Below, one piece after another: positions 19,025-28,283 of a stretch of 64,000 nt of DNA. The notes beneath the pieces were generated by a model, which saw only the letters and a list, made by a program, of their open reading frames with translations, had not been told where the DNA came from and ran no database searches. The stretch lies in IMG/VR virus record IMGVR_UViG_3300032287_001571; one strand, written 5' to 3'. How positions within the stretch are numbered: the first letter of the stretch is position 1; every line of letters starts with the position of its first letter. The stretch comes from an uncultured virus (IMG/VR IMGVR_UViG_3300032287_001571) (lineage: Duplodnaviria > Heunggongvirae > Uroviricota > Caudoviricetes). The position numbers were made by a program, and so were the translations under genes.

Positions 19025-20461
19025 GTGAGGGTGTTCTTCGGAGGAGCCGAGAAGGGCTCGTACCGCTCCATGCTCATCAGCGCAGGGGTGTCTAGGTTCG
19101 GTCTCAACCTGACCTACCTTCCCATCCCCAAGCGCAAGGAACTGAATCTCTCCCAGATGTTCTCTGGCGGGGAGGTCATCCTGTATGTCTCGGAGAACGA
19201 CGAAGACCTGCCCAGATACGACCAGTTCATCCGTGAGCACATAGACAGTTTGACCTATGTGATTGGTCGCCCTGACTATGACGGCTCATGGATGGGTGAC
19301 AAGTATGTGCCCATCTGGAACGACCCAGAGGACATGGAGCGCCTCGTATGGCTGTGCCAGAAGTACCCCCGTGTGGCGGTCTCGGACAAGGCCATCACGG
19401 GAAAGACAGTGGCCCGTATCGGTCAGATTGCTCAGCGCTGGCAGACACATCTCATCGGGCTCACCTCTAAGCCAGACATCATTGAGAGGGTCGGCTGGGA
19501 GTCCGTGGTGGTGGTCTCGTGGTCTAGCGCACTGCGCTACGGGGAGACGCAGGTCTGGGACGGGCACACCCTTCACCGCTACCCAGCACAGCAGAAGGAG
19601 AGCGCACGCAAGAGGCACCGTGCCGACATCCAGAGGCTCGGAGTGAACTACGATGCTGTTCTGGACGATGAAGTACAGGCGGTCGCACACCTCGCCATCC
19701 AGTCGTGGAGGGCGTGGGAGACCAAGAACTTTGGGGGCTATGACCCGATGAAAGACGACGACGAGACAGAGTTTGACCCAGACTCAGATGGTCAAAACAT
19801 TGTTACTTCGGGGGATACCCCTGGGGGTGTTTCTGTGGCACCGAGGGGTACCAACATTGTTACTCAGGTGCCGAACAAGCGGCACCCGTCAGACAAAAGA
19901 TTGCTCCCGATTATGGGTGTTGAGACCATCACTTCGGTGGGCACACAACACTCAGATGAGCAAGGAAACTCAATAGAAATAGACCCCGAACAGGTCAGCG
20001 TGGTGCGCTACAACGCCGACCCGTTGCGTCAGTGCAATCATTGTTACTTGGCAAGCCGTTGTCCCCAGTTTGAGGAGAATGCTGAGTGTGCGTTTTCTCT
20101 GCCCATTGAGATTCGTTCCAAGGACCAACTGAACTCCGCTCTCCGTGCCCTCGTGGAGATGCAGGTGGGCCGTGTCATGTTCGCCAGATTCGCCGAGGAA
20201 CTGGAGGGGCAGGGTCTGGACTCCACACTGTCTCAGGAGATGGACAGGGTGTTCGCCATGGTGGAGAAGATGCGCAACATCAACGACAGCAGGGACATGG
20301 TCAGGCTTCAGGTGGAGGCCAAGGGCTCAAGTGGCGTCCTGTCACGGCTATTCGGGGCCAAGGCTGGGGAGCAGGCTAGGCAACTTCCGAACGGTGGTCT
20401 GGACGAGGGCGCAACCAACAAACTTTACGCTGACATCATAGATTTATCTGACGAAAGTTAG
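19025..20461 (+). CDS. large hypothetical protein with C-terminal Cys cluster
   Basis: long clean ORF; CNHC-x4-C-x8-C followed by a helical region. Confidence 0.75.
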   Translation: MRVFFGGAEKGSYRSMLISAGVSRFGLNLTYLPIPKRKELNLSQMFSGGEVILYVSENDEDLPRYDQFIREHIDSLTYVIGRPDYDGSWMGDKYVPIWNDPEDMERLVWLCQKYPRVAVSDKAITGKTVARIGQIAQRWQTHLIGLTSKPDIIERVGWESVVVVSWSSALRYGETQVWDGHTLHRYPAQQKESARKRHRADIQRLGVNYDAVLDDEVQAVAHLAIQSWRAWETKNFGGYDPMKDDDETEFDPDSDGQNIVTSGDTPGGVSVAPRGTNIVTQVPNKRHPSDKRLLPIMGVETITSVGTQHSDEQGNSIEIDPEQVSVVRYNADPLRQCNHCYLASRCPQFEENAECAFSLPIEIRSKDQLNSALRALVEMQVGRVMFARFAEELEGQGLDSTLSQEMDRVFAMVEKMRNINDSRDMVRLQVEAKGSSGVLSRLFGAKAGEQARQLPNGGLDEGATNKLYADIIDLSDES

Positions 20462-20496
20462 ACAAGGGCATGCCATAGGGCATACAATCACGCCCC

Positions 20497-20736
20497 ATGG
20501 ACTCAGATGCGATGAAACAAGCCTACCTCCGTGCCATGGAGTACCCTCCTAACGACTGGGCACCCCCCTCGGGGCAGTACTACAAGCCCCCCAAGAATGA
20601 CTTCAAGGTCATCATAAACGAGGACAGGTTCTTTGTAGCCGTTTCCCACATGAACACCTACAGGGTCATTGCCGAGGCATACAGTTCCGACGATGCCAGC
20701 AGGATTGTCCGCCTCCTGAATGAGAACGAACAATGA
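20497..20736 (+). CDS. hypothetical protein
   Basis: TACAAT upstream; ORF. Confidence 0.6.
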   Translation: MDSDAMKQAYLRAMEYPPNDWAPPSGQYYKPPKNDFKVIINEDRFFVAVSHMNTYRVIAEAYSSDDASRIVRLLNENEQ

Positions 20737-21344
20737 TTACCGATGTCGCCATTGACCTTGACGGGGTGGTCTTTGACTTCTCCAGAGTCGTCACCGCCGT
20801 CTTCTCCAAGTACCTCGGAACAGACCTCCCGACACCGACCAAGTGGGAGTTCTTTGATGAGTGGAACATGACCGCCAGCGACTTCTACAACCTTCTGGAC
20901 GGCCTGACCGTAGAGACGGAGTTCTTCAACTCTGAGAGCCCTATTCGGCACACCATGGTCGGCTGGCAGTCCCTTCGGGAGCAGAACCTCCGCATCCATG
21001 TCATCACCCACCGCTCGCACTGCGCCTACGACCAGACGGTCAAGTGGCTGGAGCGCTACAGGCTCATCCCTGACACCCTCCACTTTGCTGGTGACAAGGC
21101 ACCCATCCTGTCCGCCCTGATGATTGACGAGGGCGCCAGTGTTGACGACAACATCGGGCAGTACGAGGACTACTTTGACATGGGTATCCGTTCCTACCTG
21201 TTCAACCAGCCGTGGAACAGCCAGAAGAAGAACGCACGGAGAGTCAACAACCTCATTGAGTTTGCTGACGACATCAAGTTGTACAACAAGTACTGGCGCT
21301 CCGAGATTGAGAGCGGTGTTTATGGAGACTGGCTCAATGATTGA
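20733..21344 (+). CDS. HAD-family 5'(3')-deoxyribonucleotidase-like protein
   Basis: AIDLDGVVFDF, ITHRS, VDDN, QPWN. Confidence 0.85.
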   Translation: MITDVAIDLDGVVFDFSRVVTAVFSKYLGTDLPTPTKWEFFDEWNMTASDFYNLLDGLTVETEFFNSESPIRHTMVGWQSLREQNLRIHVITHRSHCAYDQTVKWLERYRLIPDTLHFAGDKAPILSALMIDEGASVDDNIGQYEDYFDMGIRSYLFNQPWNSQKKNARRVNNLIEFADDIKLYNKYWRSEIESGVYGDWLND

Positions 21345-21642
21345 CAACAACCGTTCTGAGATTCTGAATGAGGCCATCAACCTCATCAACGGCGACAGGA
21401 ACGCCCACTACGGAGACCCTCTGGATGACTTCCAGACGACAGCCACCTTCTGGACGACTTACCTCACCAGAACGATGGAGGCACGGGGAGTGCTGGACAT
21501 CAGGCCACACGATGTCGCCGTCCTGATGGACTTGTTGAAGATTGCCCGCATCTCGTGGACTCCAGAGAAGCGTGACCACTGGGCTGACCTTGCTGGTTAT
21601 GCAGGCTGTGGATGGGACTGCGTGGTCAGACAGGATGCCTAG
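21337..21642 (+). CDS. DUF6378-like (dATP/dGTP diphosphohydrolase-like) protein
   Basis: GDRNAHYGDP...LKIAR...DHWADLAGY. Confidence 0.75.
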   Translation: MIDNNRSEILNEAINLINGDRNAHYGDPLDDFQTTATFWTTYLTRTMEARGVLDIRPHDVAVLMDLLKIARISWTPEKRDHWADLAGYAGCGWDCVVRQDA

Positions 21643-21835
21643 ACCAACCATCGCCGACCTACAGGCAGAGAACGAAAAACTCCGTAGCGAGGTTCGTGAC
21701 CTGCGCACCCGTCTGGAATCCCTCGCCTCCGCCGTTCTGTCCGCACTGGACAGCGCCAACGCCAGCGTCGCCAGACACATCCGCACCATGCAGATGGAGC
21801 ACGACGAACAGCATCACGGGGACGACTGGTCTTGA
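21635..21835 (+). CDS. small coiled-coil protein
   Basis: ORF. Confidence 0.55.
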   Translation: MPRPTIADLQAENEKLRSEVRDLRTRLESLASAVLSALDSANASVARHIRTMQMEHDEQHHGDDWS

Positions 21836-22236
21836 GCACAGAGAGTGAAGACTGGCGCCAAGACGCCCTCTGCTACAAGAGAAACAACGAACTCTGGTTT
21901 CCTCCCATGGAGTCGGACACACCAGAGCAGTACTACGCCATCGCTCGTGAAGTGTGCAGGTGCTGTCCTGTGTGGCAGAAGTGCCTAGCGGACGGCAGGA
22001 ACGAGAAATGGGGCATGTGGGCTGGCCTGACGCCCAAAGAGCGCAACACCACCAAGGCTGTCAACCTGCGACCACACGGTCAGTGGGTGCGGTACAGGCA
22101 GGGATGCAAGTGTGCTTCGTGTGCGCACGGGCACAGTGAACATACAAAAGATGTGAATGTGAACATGTCGGTTATTCCGTACATGAACGAGCCTTTGCCT
22201 GATTTGTCGTCGCTAAGGTTTGGTCTTCTGTACTGA
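21832..22236 (+). CDS. whiB: WhiB-family transcription factor with C-terminal CxCxxC
   Basis: W...ALC...WFP...CRCCPVWQKC...GMWAGLT. Confidence 0.9.
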   Translation: MSTESEDWRQDALCYKRNNELWFPPMESDTPEQYYAIAREVCRCCPVWQKCLADGRNEKWGMWAGLTPKERNTTKAVNLRPHGQWVRYRQGCKCASCAHGHSEHTKDVNVNMSVIPYMNEPLPDLSSLRFGLLY

Positions 22237-22344
22237 CACCCCCTAAACTGGATACAGAGACCCATACCGAGGACTACCCCCGAAGCGCCCCCCTGCTTCA
22301 CTTGGTATGGGTCTCTTGCTTTATCCGCCGACCTAGGAGGTTGC

Positions 22345-22920
22345 ATGTACGCACGCCTTGGCCTCGTTGCCTGTATCACCCTGTCCCTTGTCCACCCCAG
22401 CACGGCTCACGCCGAAGAAGCGAAAGTGGAGCCGAAGCCCACCATCAACACCTCCCCGAGGGTGTACGAGATGGGCCTGTTCAGCAAGGATGTGCTGGCG
22501 CTACAGGAACAAATGAAGACCAAGGGAGTCATGCCCCCCGCCTACTGGAGGGATGTGGCTCAGTGCGAGACCGCCAACAACTGGAAGGACAAGGGAAAAT
22601 GGGGCGGTGGACTCGGCATCGCAACCACCACCTGGAGAGGCTTCGGTGGCTACGAGTTCGCCAAGCACCCCTCTGAGGCCACCATGCACGAGCAGATGTT
22701 CGTCGCCAACCGTATCTCGGTCTTTGGCTACCAGACCAAGAGAGAGTTCCTGACCCTAGAGGACAAGCAGAACAACCGACCCTTCTTCAGACCGAAGGCT
22801 GGGTTCTTTGGGTGGGGTTGCATAGCGAACAACCGCTACCTTCACCCAAAAAACTGGCGTGACAACAACAGAAGGCTGTGGCGCCAGAGCAAGAAGAATG
22901 TATTATTTCCTCATGGATGA
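22345..22920 (+). CDS. secreted Rpf-like lytic transglycosylase
   Basis: signal peptide; WRDVAQCETANNW, GGLG..TW..FGG, AT..EQ..VA. Confidence 0.8.
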   Translation: MYARLGLVACITLSLVHPSTAHAEEAKVEPKPTINTSPRVYEMGLFSKDVLALQEQMKTKGVMPPAYWRDVAQCETANNWKDKGKWGGGLGIATTTWRGFGGYEFAKHPSEATMHEQMFVANRISVFGYQTKREFLTLEDKQNNRPFFRPKAGFFGWGCIANNRYLHPKNWRDNNRRLWRQSKKNVLFPHG

Positions 22921-23128
22921 GAACCAGTACAAGGCAGACGACATCCTCGGAACCGCTGAGGTTGCCGAGGTGCTCGGCGTCAGCAAGCAGAGGATTCACG
23001 GCCTGAGGAAGATGGCTGAGTTTCCCGAGCCCTTCAAGATGCTGGCCTCAACCCCCCTGTGGGACAGAAGGGATGTGATGACCTTCCTGTCCAAGTGGAA
23101 GCCTTGGAAGGTCATTGACAATGGCTGA
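22913..23128 (+). CDS. AlpA/excisionase-like HTH protein
   Basis: LGTAEVAEVLGVSKQRIH...FPEP...PLW. Confidence 0.75.
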   Translation: MDENQYKADDILGTAEVAEVLGVSKQRIHGLRKMAEFPEPFKMLASTPLWDRRDVMTFLSKWKPWKVIDNG

Positions 23129-23250
23129 GAAGTACTGGTGCCCTGAGTGCCGTATCTCGGTCACCGTGGGAGTGGCGCTCACCCAGCCACCGACCCACAA
23201 GTGCCCACGGCATGTCAACAAGACACGGAAGATGGAACATGTCCCAAAGG

Positions 23251-23288
23251 AAAAGCCCCCCGCTGAGTAGCAGGGGGGCTCTCCTCTT
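23251..23288. terminator. bidirectional intrinsic terminator between convergent units
   Basis: AAAAGCCCCCC-GCTGAGTAGCA-GGGGGGCT-CTCCTCTT hairpin. Confidence 0.75.
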
Positions 23289-23314
23289 GGAGGGCGTCGT
23301 TCGGTGACGCCAGT

Positions 23315-23704
23315 CTAGTCAACATCGTCGGGTAGTTGGCGGTTGTTCCTGATGTCCTCCTTGGACATGAAGAAGTCAATGCCACCCCAGACTCCGTGCC
23401 CTATCTTGTTGTTCTTGGCGAAGCGGAAGCACTCCTTGCGCACCTCACAGCCCGCACAGATGGCCTGAGCCTTCCCGATGATGCTCTCCCTCAGCCGTCC
23501 TCCCTTGCGGGGGAGGTTGGTCATGTCGGGAACCTCACCGAAGAAATACTGAGTCCACTCCGTGTGTCCCGTGCAGGCGCCCCTGTCCCTCCATGTCCCC
23601 TTGTCTTGGACGAGGAGTCGGGGCAGGTCAATGGTGTTCCATCTGGACGGCTCCTCGGTGAAGGCGGAGAAGATGTTCCCCTCCGCCTCCACCTCGGTGC
23701 TCAA
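23315..23704 (-). CDS. whiB: WhiB-family transcription factor (second copy)
   Basis: WRDRGAC...FF...ICAGCEVRKEC...GVWGG; TTG start overlapping the upstream stop. Confidence 0.85.
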   Translation of the reverse strand: MSTEVEAEGNIFSAFTEEPSRWNTIDLPRLLVQDKGTWRDRGACTGHTEWTQYFFGEVPDMTNLPRKGGRLRESIIGKAQAICAGCEVRKECFRFAKNNKIGHGVWGGIDFFMSKEDIRNNRQLPDDVD

Positions 23705-24726
23705 GCCAGCACCGCCTTCATGGCGGTCAGGACGAGGTCGTCCTGCTCCTTGGTCTTGCCCATGACGCCGTTCAGCATGTTGCGCTCCACACGGTTGGTG
23801 TCCTTGCCTGCGTAGTGATGCTGGAAGGTGTTCCACGCCTGATAGACGCCCAGTGCGGTGCCCGACCACGGGGACACACGGGAGTCGTTCTTGTAGATGT
23901 GGCGCAGGAGTTCCTGCTTGTTCTCCACACGGGCCTTGACCTGCGGACGGACATCCATGCTCAGGTCAACGGGAACGAGGCGCTCCACGATGGACTGGAA
24001 CTGCTGGTCGGTCACTGCCTGCGACGACAGGCGCTCCAGTTCGGCGGTGAGACTGTCGCTGTACTCGTGCACCAGAGTCAGGGCATCACGGACGGTCTGC
24101 AACTTGCCGATGCTGTTCTTGCTGTGACGCACCTTGTGCTGGGGGGTCTGCTCCCCGAGCGCTCCAGCCAGCGTGTTGTCGCAGACGACGATGGTGCTCA
24201 CCAACTGGTAGGTGGTGGACAGCGTGCCGTCGTGCGAGGTGCAGGCCAGCAGGTGCGGGCGGATGTCAAAGCCCATCGGGGTCTTGACCGTCTCGGGCAG
24301 TTCAATGGTCACGAACGCCTTGCCTCCGTTGCGCAGGAGCCCTGCGGTGCCGATGGCGAGGTCGCTGTCGTCCACGAGGTTGGACACCTGCTTGAGGAGC
24401 CACTCCTCGTACTGGTGGACGGTGTACGAGGACTTGAAGACCCCGAAGACCGTGCTCGGGTCGTCACCACGGACGATGGCCTTGCGTGAGGTGTCAACGG
24501 ACTCCCGACCGTCGGCGGTGCGCACCACCAGTTCTGCCTCCAGTGCCTTCCAGTAGAAGAGGTCGCTGATGACATCAGCCACGGGGATGGCGTGGGGGTA
24601 GTGGTTGGGCTTCTCCGTGTTCTGGAGGTCTGCACGGTAGTGCCACGCCATTCCCCGTCCGTAGATGGGGTCGGTGTAGCCGACCTTGGTGTTCTGGTTG
24701 AGCCACAGAAGTGTTTCTGCTGACAT
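23701..24726 (-). CDS. DUF932 family protein
   Basis: AWH, YTVHQ, TAGLLRNG, TSHDGT, VVCDNTL, VRHSKN, GTALGVYQA. Confidence 0.85.
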   Translation of the reverse strand: MSAETLLWLNQNTKVGYTDPIYGRGMAWHYRADLQNTEKPNHYPHAIPVADVISDLFYWKALEAELVVRTADGRESVDTSRKAIVRGDDPSTVFGVFKSSYTVHQYEEWLLKQVSNLVDDSDLAIGTAGLLRNGGKAFVTIELPETVKTPMGFDIRPHLLACTSHDGTLSTTYQLVSTIVVCDNTLAGALGEQTPQHKVRHSKNSIGKLQTVRDALTLVHEYSDSLTAELERLSSQAVTDQQFQSIVERLVPVDLSMDVRPQVKARVENKQELLRHIYKNDSRVSPWSGTALGVYQAWNTFQHHYAGKDTNRVERNMLNGVMGKTKEQDDLVLTAMKAVLA

Positions 24727-24815
24727 TGTTGTCTCCTTTGTTGTTTTGGTTTTGGGGATGTGGTGCGATGTCCCTCACGAAGTAATCTACCAGTGAGGGA
24801 ACACCGCCACAACTT

Positions 24816-25148
24816 TTACTTGATGGTTTCTCGGATTTCCAGCCAGAGGCACGCCATGTCCATGGCCTCCTCGGACTCGGGGTATGCCTTGCGTGCGGAG
24901 TCTCCGAAGAGAGCCAGCACCGCCATGGAGGCGTCGTCGTAGAACATGTACTTGTTCGCACCGCCCACGCCGTCGTTCTCCACGGAGAAGGAGGCACCGC
25001 TCGGGGTGGAGACATCTGCGCTCCACCCGATACCGCCCTCGGTCTCCCACTCATCCACGATGGTGAGCGTGAAGGGGACGAGCACCTCGGCGTCCGTGGG
25101 GATGAGCCACGACGACATGACCTCCGCCAGTTTCTGTGTGTCTGTCAT
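24816..25148 (-). CDS. hypothetical protein
   Basis: SD and ORF. Confidence 0.65.
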   Translation of the reverse strand: MTDTQKLAEVMSSWLIPTDAEVLVPFTLTIVDEWETEGGIGWSADVSTPSGASFSVENDGVGGANKYMFYDDASMAVLALFGDSARKAYPESEEAMDMACLWLEIRETIK

Positions 25149-25310
25149 TTCTTGTTCCTTTTCTGTGGTTGGTATCTGGTGTCTGCGATGTACACCGTCC
25201 CGAACGCTGGGATGACGCTCATGGACAGCGCCAGTGGGTACTGGTGCAGGAAGTAGATGATGGATGCGGTGATGAGTGCCCCGAGAACGAGCACCACACA
25301 CACGCCACGC

Positions 25311-25604
25311 TCATTCAGGGTCATGGTAGTTGTCCTCGTCGTATTCGCCCACGAAGTCAAACAGGTGGAACTCGTCCACGATGATGATGGCCTTGGACTG
25401 GTTCTCTCCTCGGTATGTGACTCCCTCGGGGAGGTTGACCAACTCGTGGTCATCACCCACCGTCACCATGTTGATGGCTTCCACCGCCACGGGCACCATG
25501 ATGCTCGGTACGGGTGGGTAGCAGTTGAATGAGAAGTGCCACGAGACCTTCTCCTCAAGGCTGAGGTTGGACTCGGCGATGCCGAGTGCTGTTATGCGAC
25601 CCAT
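25311..25604 (-). CDS. hypothetical protein
   Basis: WHFSFNCYPPVP; SD. Confidence 0.7.
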   Translation of the reverse strand: MGRITALGIAESNLSLEEKVSWHFSFNCYPPVPSIMVPVAVEAINMVTVGDDHELVNLPEGVTYRGENQSKAIIIVDEFHLFDFVGEYDEDNYHDPE

Positions 25605-25605
25605 G

Positions 25606-25800
25606 TCAGTTTTCCTCCTGTTGTTCGTATGGGCTGATGTAGAAGTCGTAGAGGTTGTACTCTCCGACTGTTTCCTTGTACTCGTCGGGGTCGGTCAAGG
25701 AGTACTGCTCGCACTCCTCAAAGGTTCCGACGAATGCTGGGGTCTCGGAGTCTGGCAGGCACCCAGCGGATGCCCACCAGACGGAGAACTGTTCGTTCAT
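25606..25800 (-). CDS. hypothetical protein
   Basis: AGCLPDSE; coupled ORF. Confidence 0.6.
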   Translation of the reverse strand: MNEQFSVWWASAGCLPDSETPAFVGTFEECEQYSLTDPDEYKETVGEYNLYDFYISPYEQQEEN

Positions 25801-26039
25801 CAGAAAAGCACCGTCCCCTCGGGGAGGATGCCCAACTTGATGAGCGTGTCCACGGTTGCCGACAGGCTCTCCACCGCTTCGTCCTTGGTGTAGGAGTCCA
25901 CGGGGATGACGAGTGACAGCCCGTGTCGCTCCAGCACATTGGGCGTGTCGCACACGGTGCACACTCCCTCTTCGGTGAAGGCGTCGTAGGTGCTCCCGCA
26001 CTCACGGCACCACAGTGGTATCTGGTTGATGTTGCTCAT
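25800..26039 (-). CDS. small zinc-ribbon protein
   Basis: CREC...CTVC. Confidence 0.65.
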   Translation of the reverse strand: MSNINQIPLWCRECGSTYDAFTEEGVCTVCDTPNVLERHGLSLVIPVDSYTKDEAVESLSATVDTLIKLGILPEGTVLF

Positions 26040-26257
26040 TGGATGTTCTCCTTCTTGTTGAGTTTGTTGAGCAGTCTCTGTGCCCTGTCCGCCTGCACTG
26101 CGCAGTAGGACGATGACTCGGGGTCACCGTAGGTGTGGTTGACACGGGAGAACCCGCTCATCCACGACTGGTACAGCACGAGGGCGCTGATGATGGTCTC
26201 GGTGTACTCCTCGGCGTCGTCATCGGACAGCGCCTTGAGTGCTTGGGTTGTGTTCAT
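26036..26257 (-). CDS. hypothetical protein
   Basis: SD and ORF. Confidence 0.6.
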   Translation of the reverse strand: MNTTQALKALSDDDAEEYTETIISALVLYQSWMSGFSRVNHTYGDPESSSYCAVQADRAQRLLNKLNKKENIQ

Positions 26258-26268
26258 GTTCTTTCCTT

Positions 26269-26832
26269 TCAGGAGAGTGAGTGCTGGAGGTCGTCCTCTG
26301 CCTCGCCGAGCCAGTCACGGAAGGTGTCCACCGCATCGGCAGGGATGAGAACCGTGATGGCGGTGGAGAAGACATTGGATGTCGGGTCACAGACGAAGGC
26401 CACCTGACACGGGGGGAACTTGTCCCCGCTGATGATGTCCTCCATCCAGTCGTTGAAGACGGACTTGCGCTCGCCGACGGAGTCGCCCCATGCGCCAGTC
26501 GTCCAGCCGTTGAGTGCGTCCACCCAGCCCTCAATGGTCGTCGTGTAGTAGCCACGCCAGCCATCGGTTGAGGTGTAGGTGCGGGACAGTTTGAACCCCA
26601 TGGGCTCGTCGCCGTACTGGTTGAACACGAAGTTGTCAGCCACATAGAACTTCTGTGGCTCTCCGTCCCCGACCACGACGGTGACCGTGGATGCGTCCGA
26701 GGTGTCGGACTCGTAGCAACCCCAGCAGAACCACTCCTCGGCGATGGGCGACCATTGGCAGTCGTCCACTTCGGGGTTGATGGTCTCCTTGCAGTTGCCA
26801 CACTCGTGGGTCTCTGGTGCGTCAATGTTCAT
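26269..26832 (-). CDS. zinc-finger-containing hypothetical protein
   Basis: CGNC...CWGC; TDGWRGYY. Confidence 0.7.
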   Translation of the reverse strand: MNIDAPETHECGNCKETINPEVDDCQWSPIAEEWFCWGCYESDTSDASTVTVVVGDGEPQKFYVADNFVFNQYGDEPMGFKLSRTYTSTDGWRGYYTTTIEGWVDALNGWTTGAWGDSVGERKSVFNDWMEDIISGDKFPPCQVAFVCDPTSNVFSTAITVLIPADAVDTFRDWLGEAEDDLQHSLS

Positions 26833-27131
26833 CAGTTGTTCTCCTTGTTTGCGGTGGCGTACTGCCACGGGTGAATGCCGAGTTTGGCGATGGGTTGGTC
26901 GGTCTGAACCATGAAGTCCAGCCCGATGTTCTGTCCGTGTCTGGCGACGAACCACTGGTCTGGCGTCAGTTCCCAGTAGGCGTAGTCGCCGAGCCAGTCG
27001 TACTCTGGTGTGTCCAGAACCTTGCCCAGTGCGTACCTGTCATCGGGGTTCTCACCCACGATGAAGATGGCCTGCATGGTCTGGTCTACACCAGTGTGCT
27101 TGATGGTCGCTGTGTATGCGCTTGTGCTCAT
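26832..27131 (-). CDS. hypothetical protein
   Basis: SD and ORF. Confidence 0.6.
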   Translation of the reverse strand: MSTSAYTATIKHTGVDQTMQAIFIVGENPDDRYALGKVLDTPEYDWLGDYAYWELTPDQWFVARHGQNIGLDFMVQTDQPIAKLGIHPWQYATANKENN

Positions 27132-27382
27132 TGTGCTTTCCTCCTCCGCACTCGGCGGTCTATGACTTTGGTTCCAGAGCGGGTGTCAAGGTTCCCGTCG
27201 TACAGGTACGCCCAGACACTGAGCCTGCCATCCTCCACGAAGAGGTTGACATCAATGTCCTTGCTGAACCCGTACCACCAGTCCACCGAAGCGGTCTTGC
27301 TGGTGTCACCGATGGTCTCGTACAGGTCAACGAGAGCCGAGCAGAACTTCTTGAGTTCGGCAGTCACTATCAACTGTTCCAT
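27128..27382 (-). CDS. hypothetical protein
   Basis: coupled ORF. Confidence 0.6.
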   Translation of the reverse strand: MEQLIVTAELKKFCSALVDLYETIGDTSKTASVDWWYGFSKDIDVNLFVEDGRLSVWAYLYDGNLDTRSGTKVIDRRVRRRKAQ

Positions 27383-27537
27383 CACTCCCACTCCTCGTAA
27401 CCGTCAAACCAGTCGTCGCCACGGGTGTCCTCACGACGGCAGTGTGCTTGTGCTTCGTCCAGTGTGAGACCAGTCAGGATGACCTTGCTGGCCCTGTCCC
27501 AGTCCTTGTAGAAGCGGATGACTTTGTAGGTGCTCAT
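27382..27537 (-). CDS. small hypothetical protein (not in ORF track)
   Basis: AAGGAG SD; MSTYKVIRFY...TGLTLDEAQAHC...WFDGYEEWE. Confidence 0.65.
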   Translation of the reverse strand: MSTYKVIRFYKDWDRASKVILTGLTLDEAQAHCRREDTRGDDWFDGYEEWE

Positions 27538-27549
27538 CAGTTGTTCTCC

Positions 27550-27789
27550 TTAGATGAGGTCGCCGTAGTCCACGGCGAGTTCGGTGATGTTTGTGTCTTC
27601 GGGGTCTCGGTCAAAGAGGCTCCACTCGTCCTCCTCGTCGTCCTCCACTGGTTGGATGTCCTTGTGCCCAGCGCCCTTTGACCATGCGAGGTCAATGGCG
27701 TCGTGCACGAAGTCCCACGCCTCCTCCTCGGACTCGGCGTCCACAGTGACGGTGACTTCCCATGTGATGTTGAATGCGTACTGGCTCAT
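27550..27789 (-). CDS. acidic hypothetical protein
   Basis: VTVDAESEEEA. Confidence 0.65.
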   Translation of the reverse strand: MSQYAFNITWEVTVTVDAESEEEAWDFVHDAIDLAWSKGAGHKDIQPVEDDEEDEWSLFDRDPEDTNITELAVDYGDLI

Positions 27790-27791
27790 GG

Positions 27792-28028
27792 TTACTTCGC
27801 TTCCCTGACGGACGGAACCAACTGCACCAGTTTGCCGATGATGGCGTCTGCCTCGTCGGGTTCGGAGAAGTTGATGAACAGTTGGAACTCCGCCTCGGTC
27901 TCGTTGATGGCGTCGTCCGACTCCGACTTGCACTTGATGTCAAAGACGATGAAGTCGTCAAAGCGACGGAGGTTCAGTTTGATGGTGCTCGTGTCCACAT
28001 CGTGGACGCTGGTTGACACTAGTGCCAT
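27792..28028 (-). CDS. hypothetical protein
   Basis: AAGGAG SD immediately 3' of hammerhead HH-A. Confidence 0.65.
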   Translation of the reverse strand: MALVSTSVHDVDTSTIKLNLRRFDDFIVFDIKCKSESDDAINETEAEFQLFINFSEPDEADAIIGKLVQLVPSVREAK

Positions 28029-28046
28029 GGTTGTTCTCCTTTGTTG

Positions 28047-28106
28047 TGACCTGCCTCTTCAGGCCGTGGGCGGTCATCCCACGACTACCCCCGAAGGGGT
28101 TTCGGC
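28047..28106 (-). ncRNA. type II hammerhead ribozyme HH-A
   Basis: minus strand: GCC GAAAC CCC UUCG GGG GUA| GUCGUGGG AUGACCG CCCACGGC CUGAAGA GGC A GGUCA; complete core, loop I UGACC pairs with 3' tail GGUCA; cleavage between 28086 and 28085. Confidence 0.9.
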
Positions 28107-28271
28107 TCAGTTGTACTTGTTGGAGATGTGGAGGGCGACGAAGATGCGCTCGTGGTCGGCGCAGTCCTCCACCTCACGCCAGTCCTCGGCGCTCCACTGG
28201 TCGGTGACGAGGAGCACGCACTCGTTGCTCCCGTAGTTGCCATCGCTGGCGAAGTAGGAAAGTGTGGTCAT
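28107..28271 (-). CDS. small hypothetical protein (not in ORF track)
   Basis: MTTLSYFASDGNYG...; stop codon abuts HH-A. Confidence 0.65.
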   Translation of the reverse strand: MTTLSYFASDGNYGSNECVLLVTDQWSAEDWREVEDCADHERIFVALHISNKYN

Positions 28272-28283
28272 GGTTGGTTCCTT

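Noticed and set aside
19025..20461. DpdA/TGT-like DNA-modification enzyme
   Set aside because: Only a vague N-terminal resemblance; catalytic motifs are not recognisable and no preQ0 pathway genes are in the window; needs HHpred
22240..22344. c-di-AMP (ydaO) riboswitch upstream of the Rpf-like gene
   Set aside because: Too short, and I could not recognise the conserved ydaO elements; only a simple long hairpin is visible
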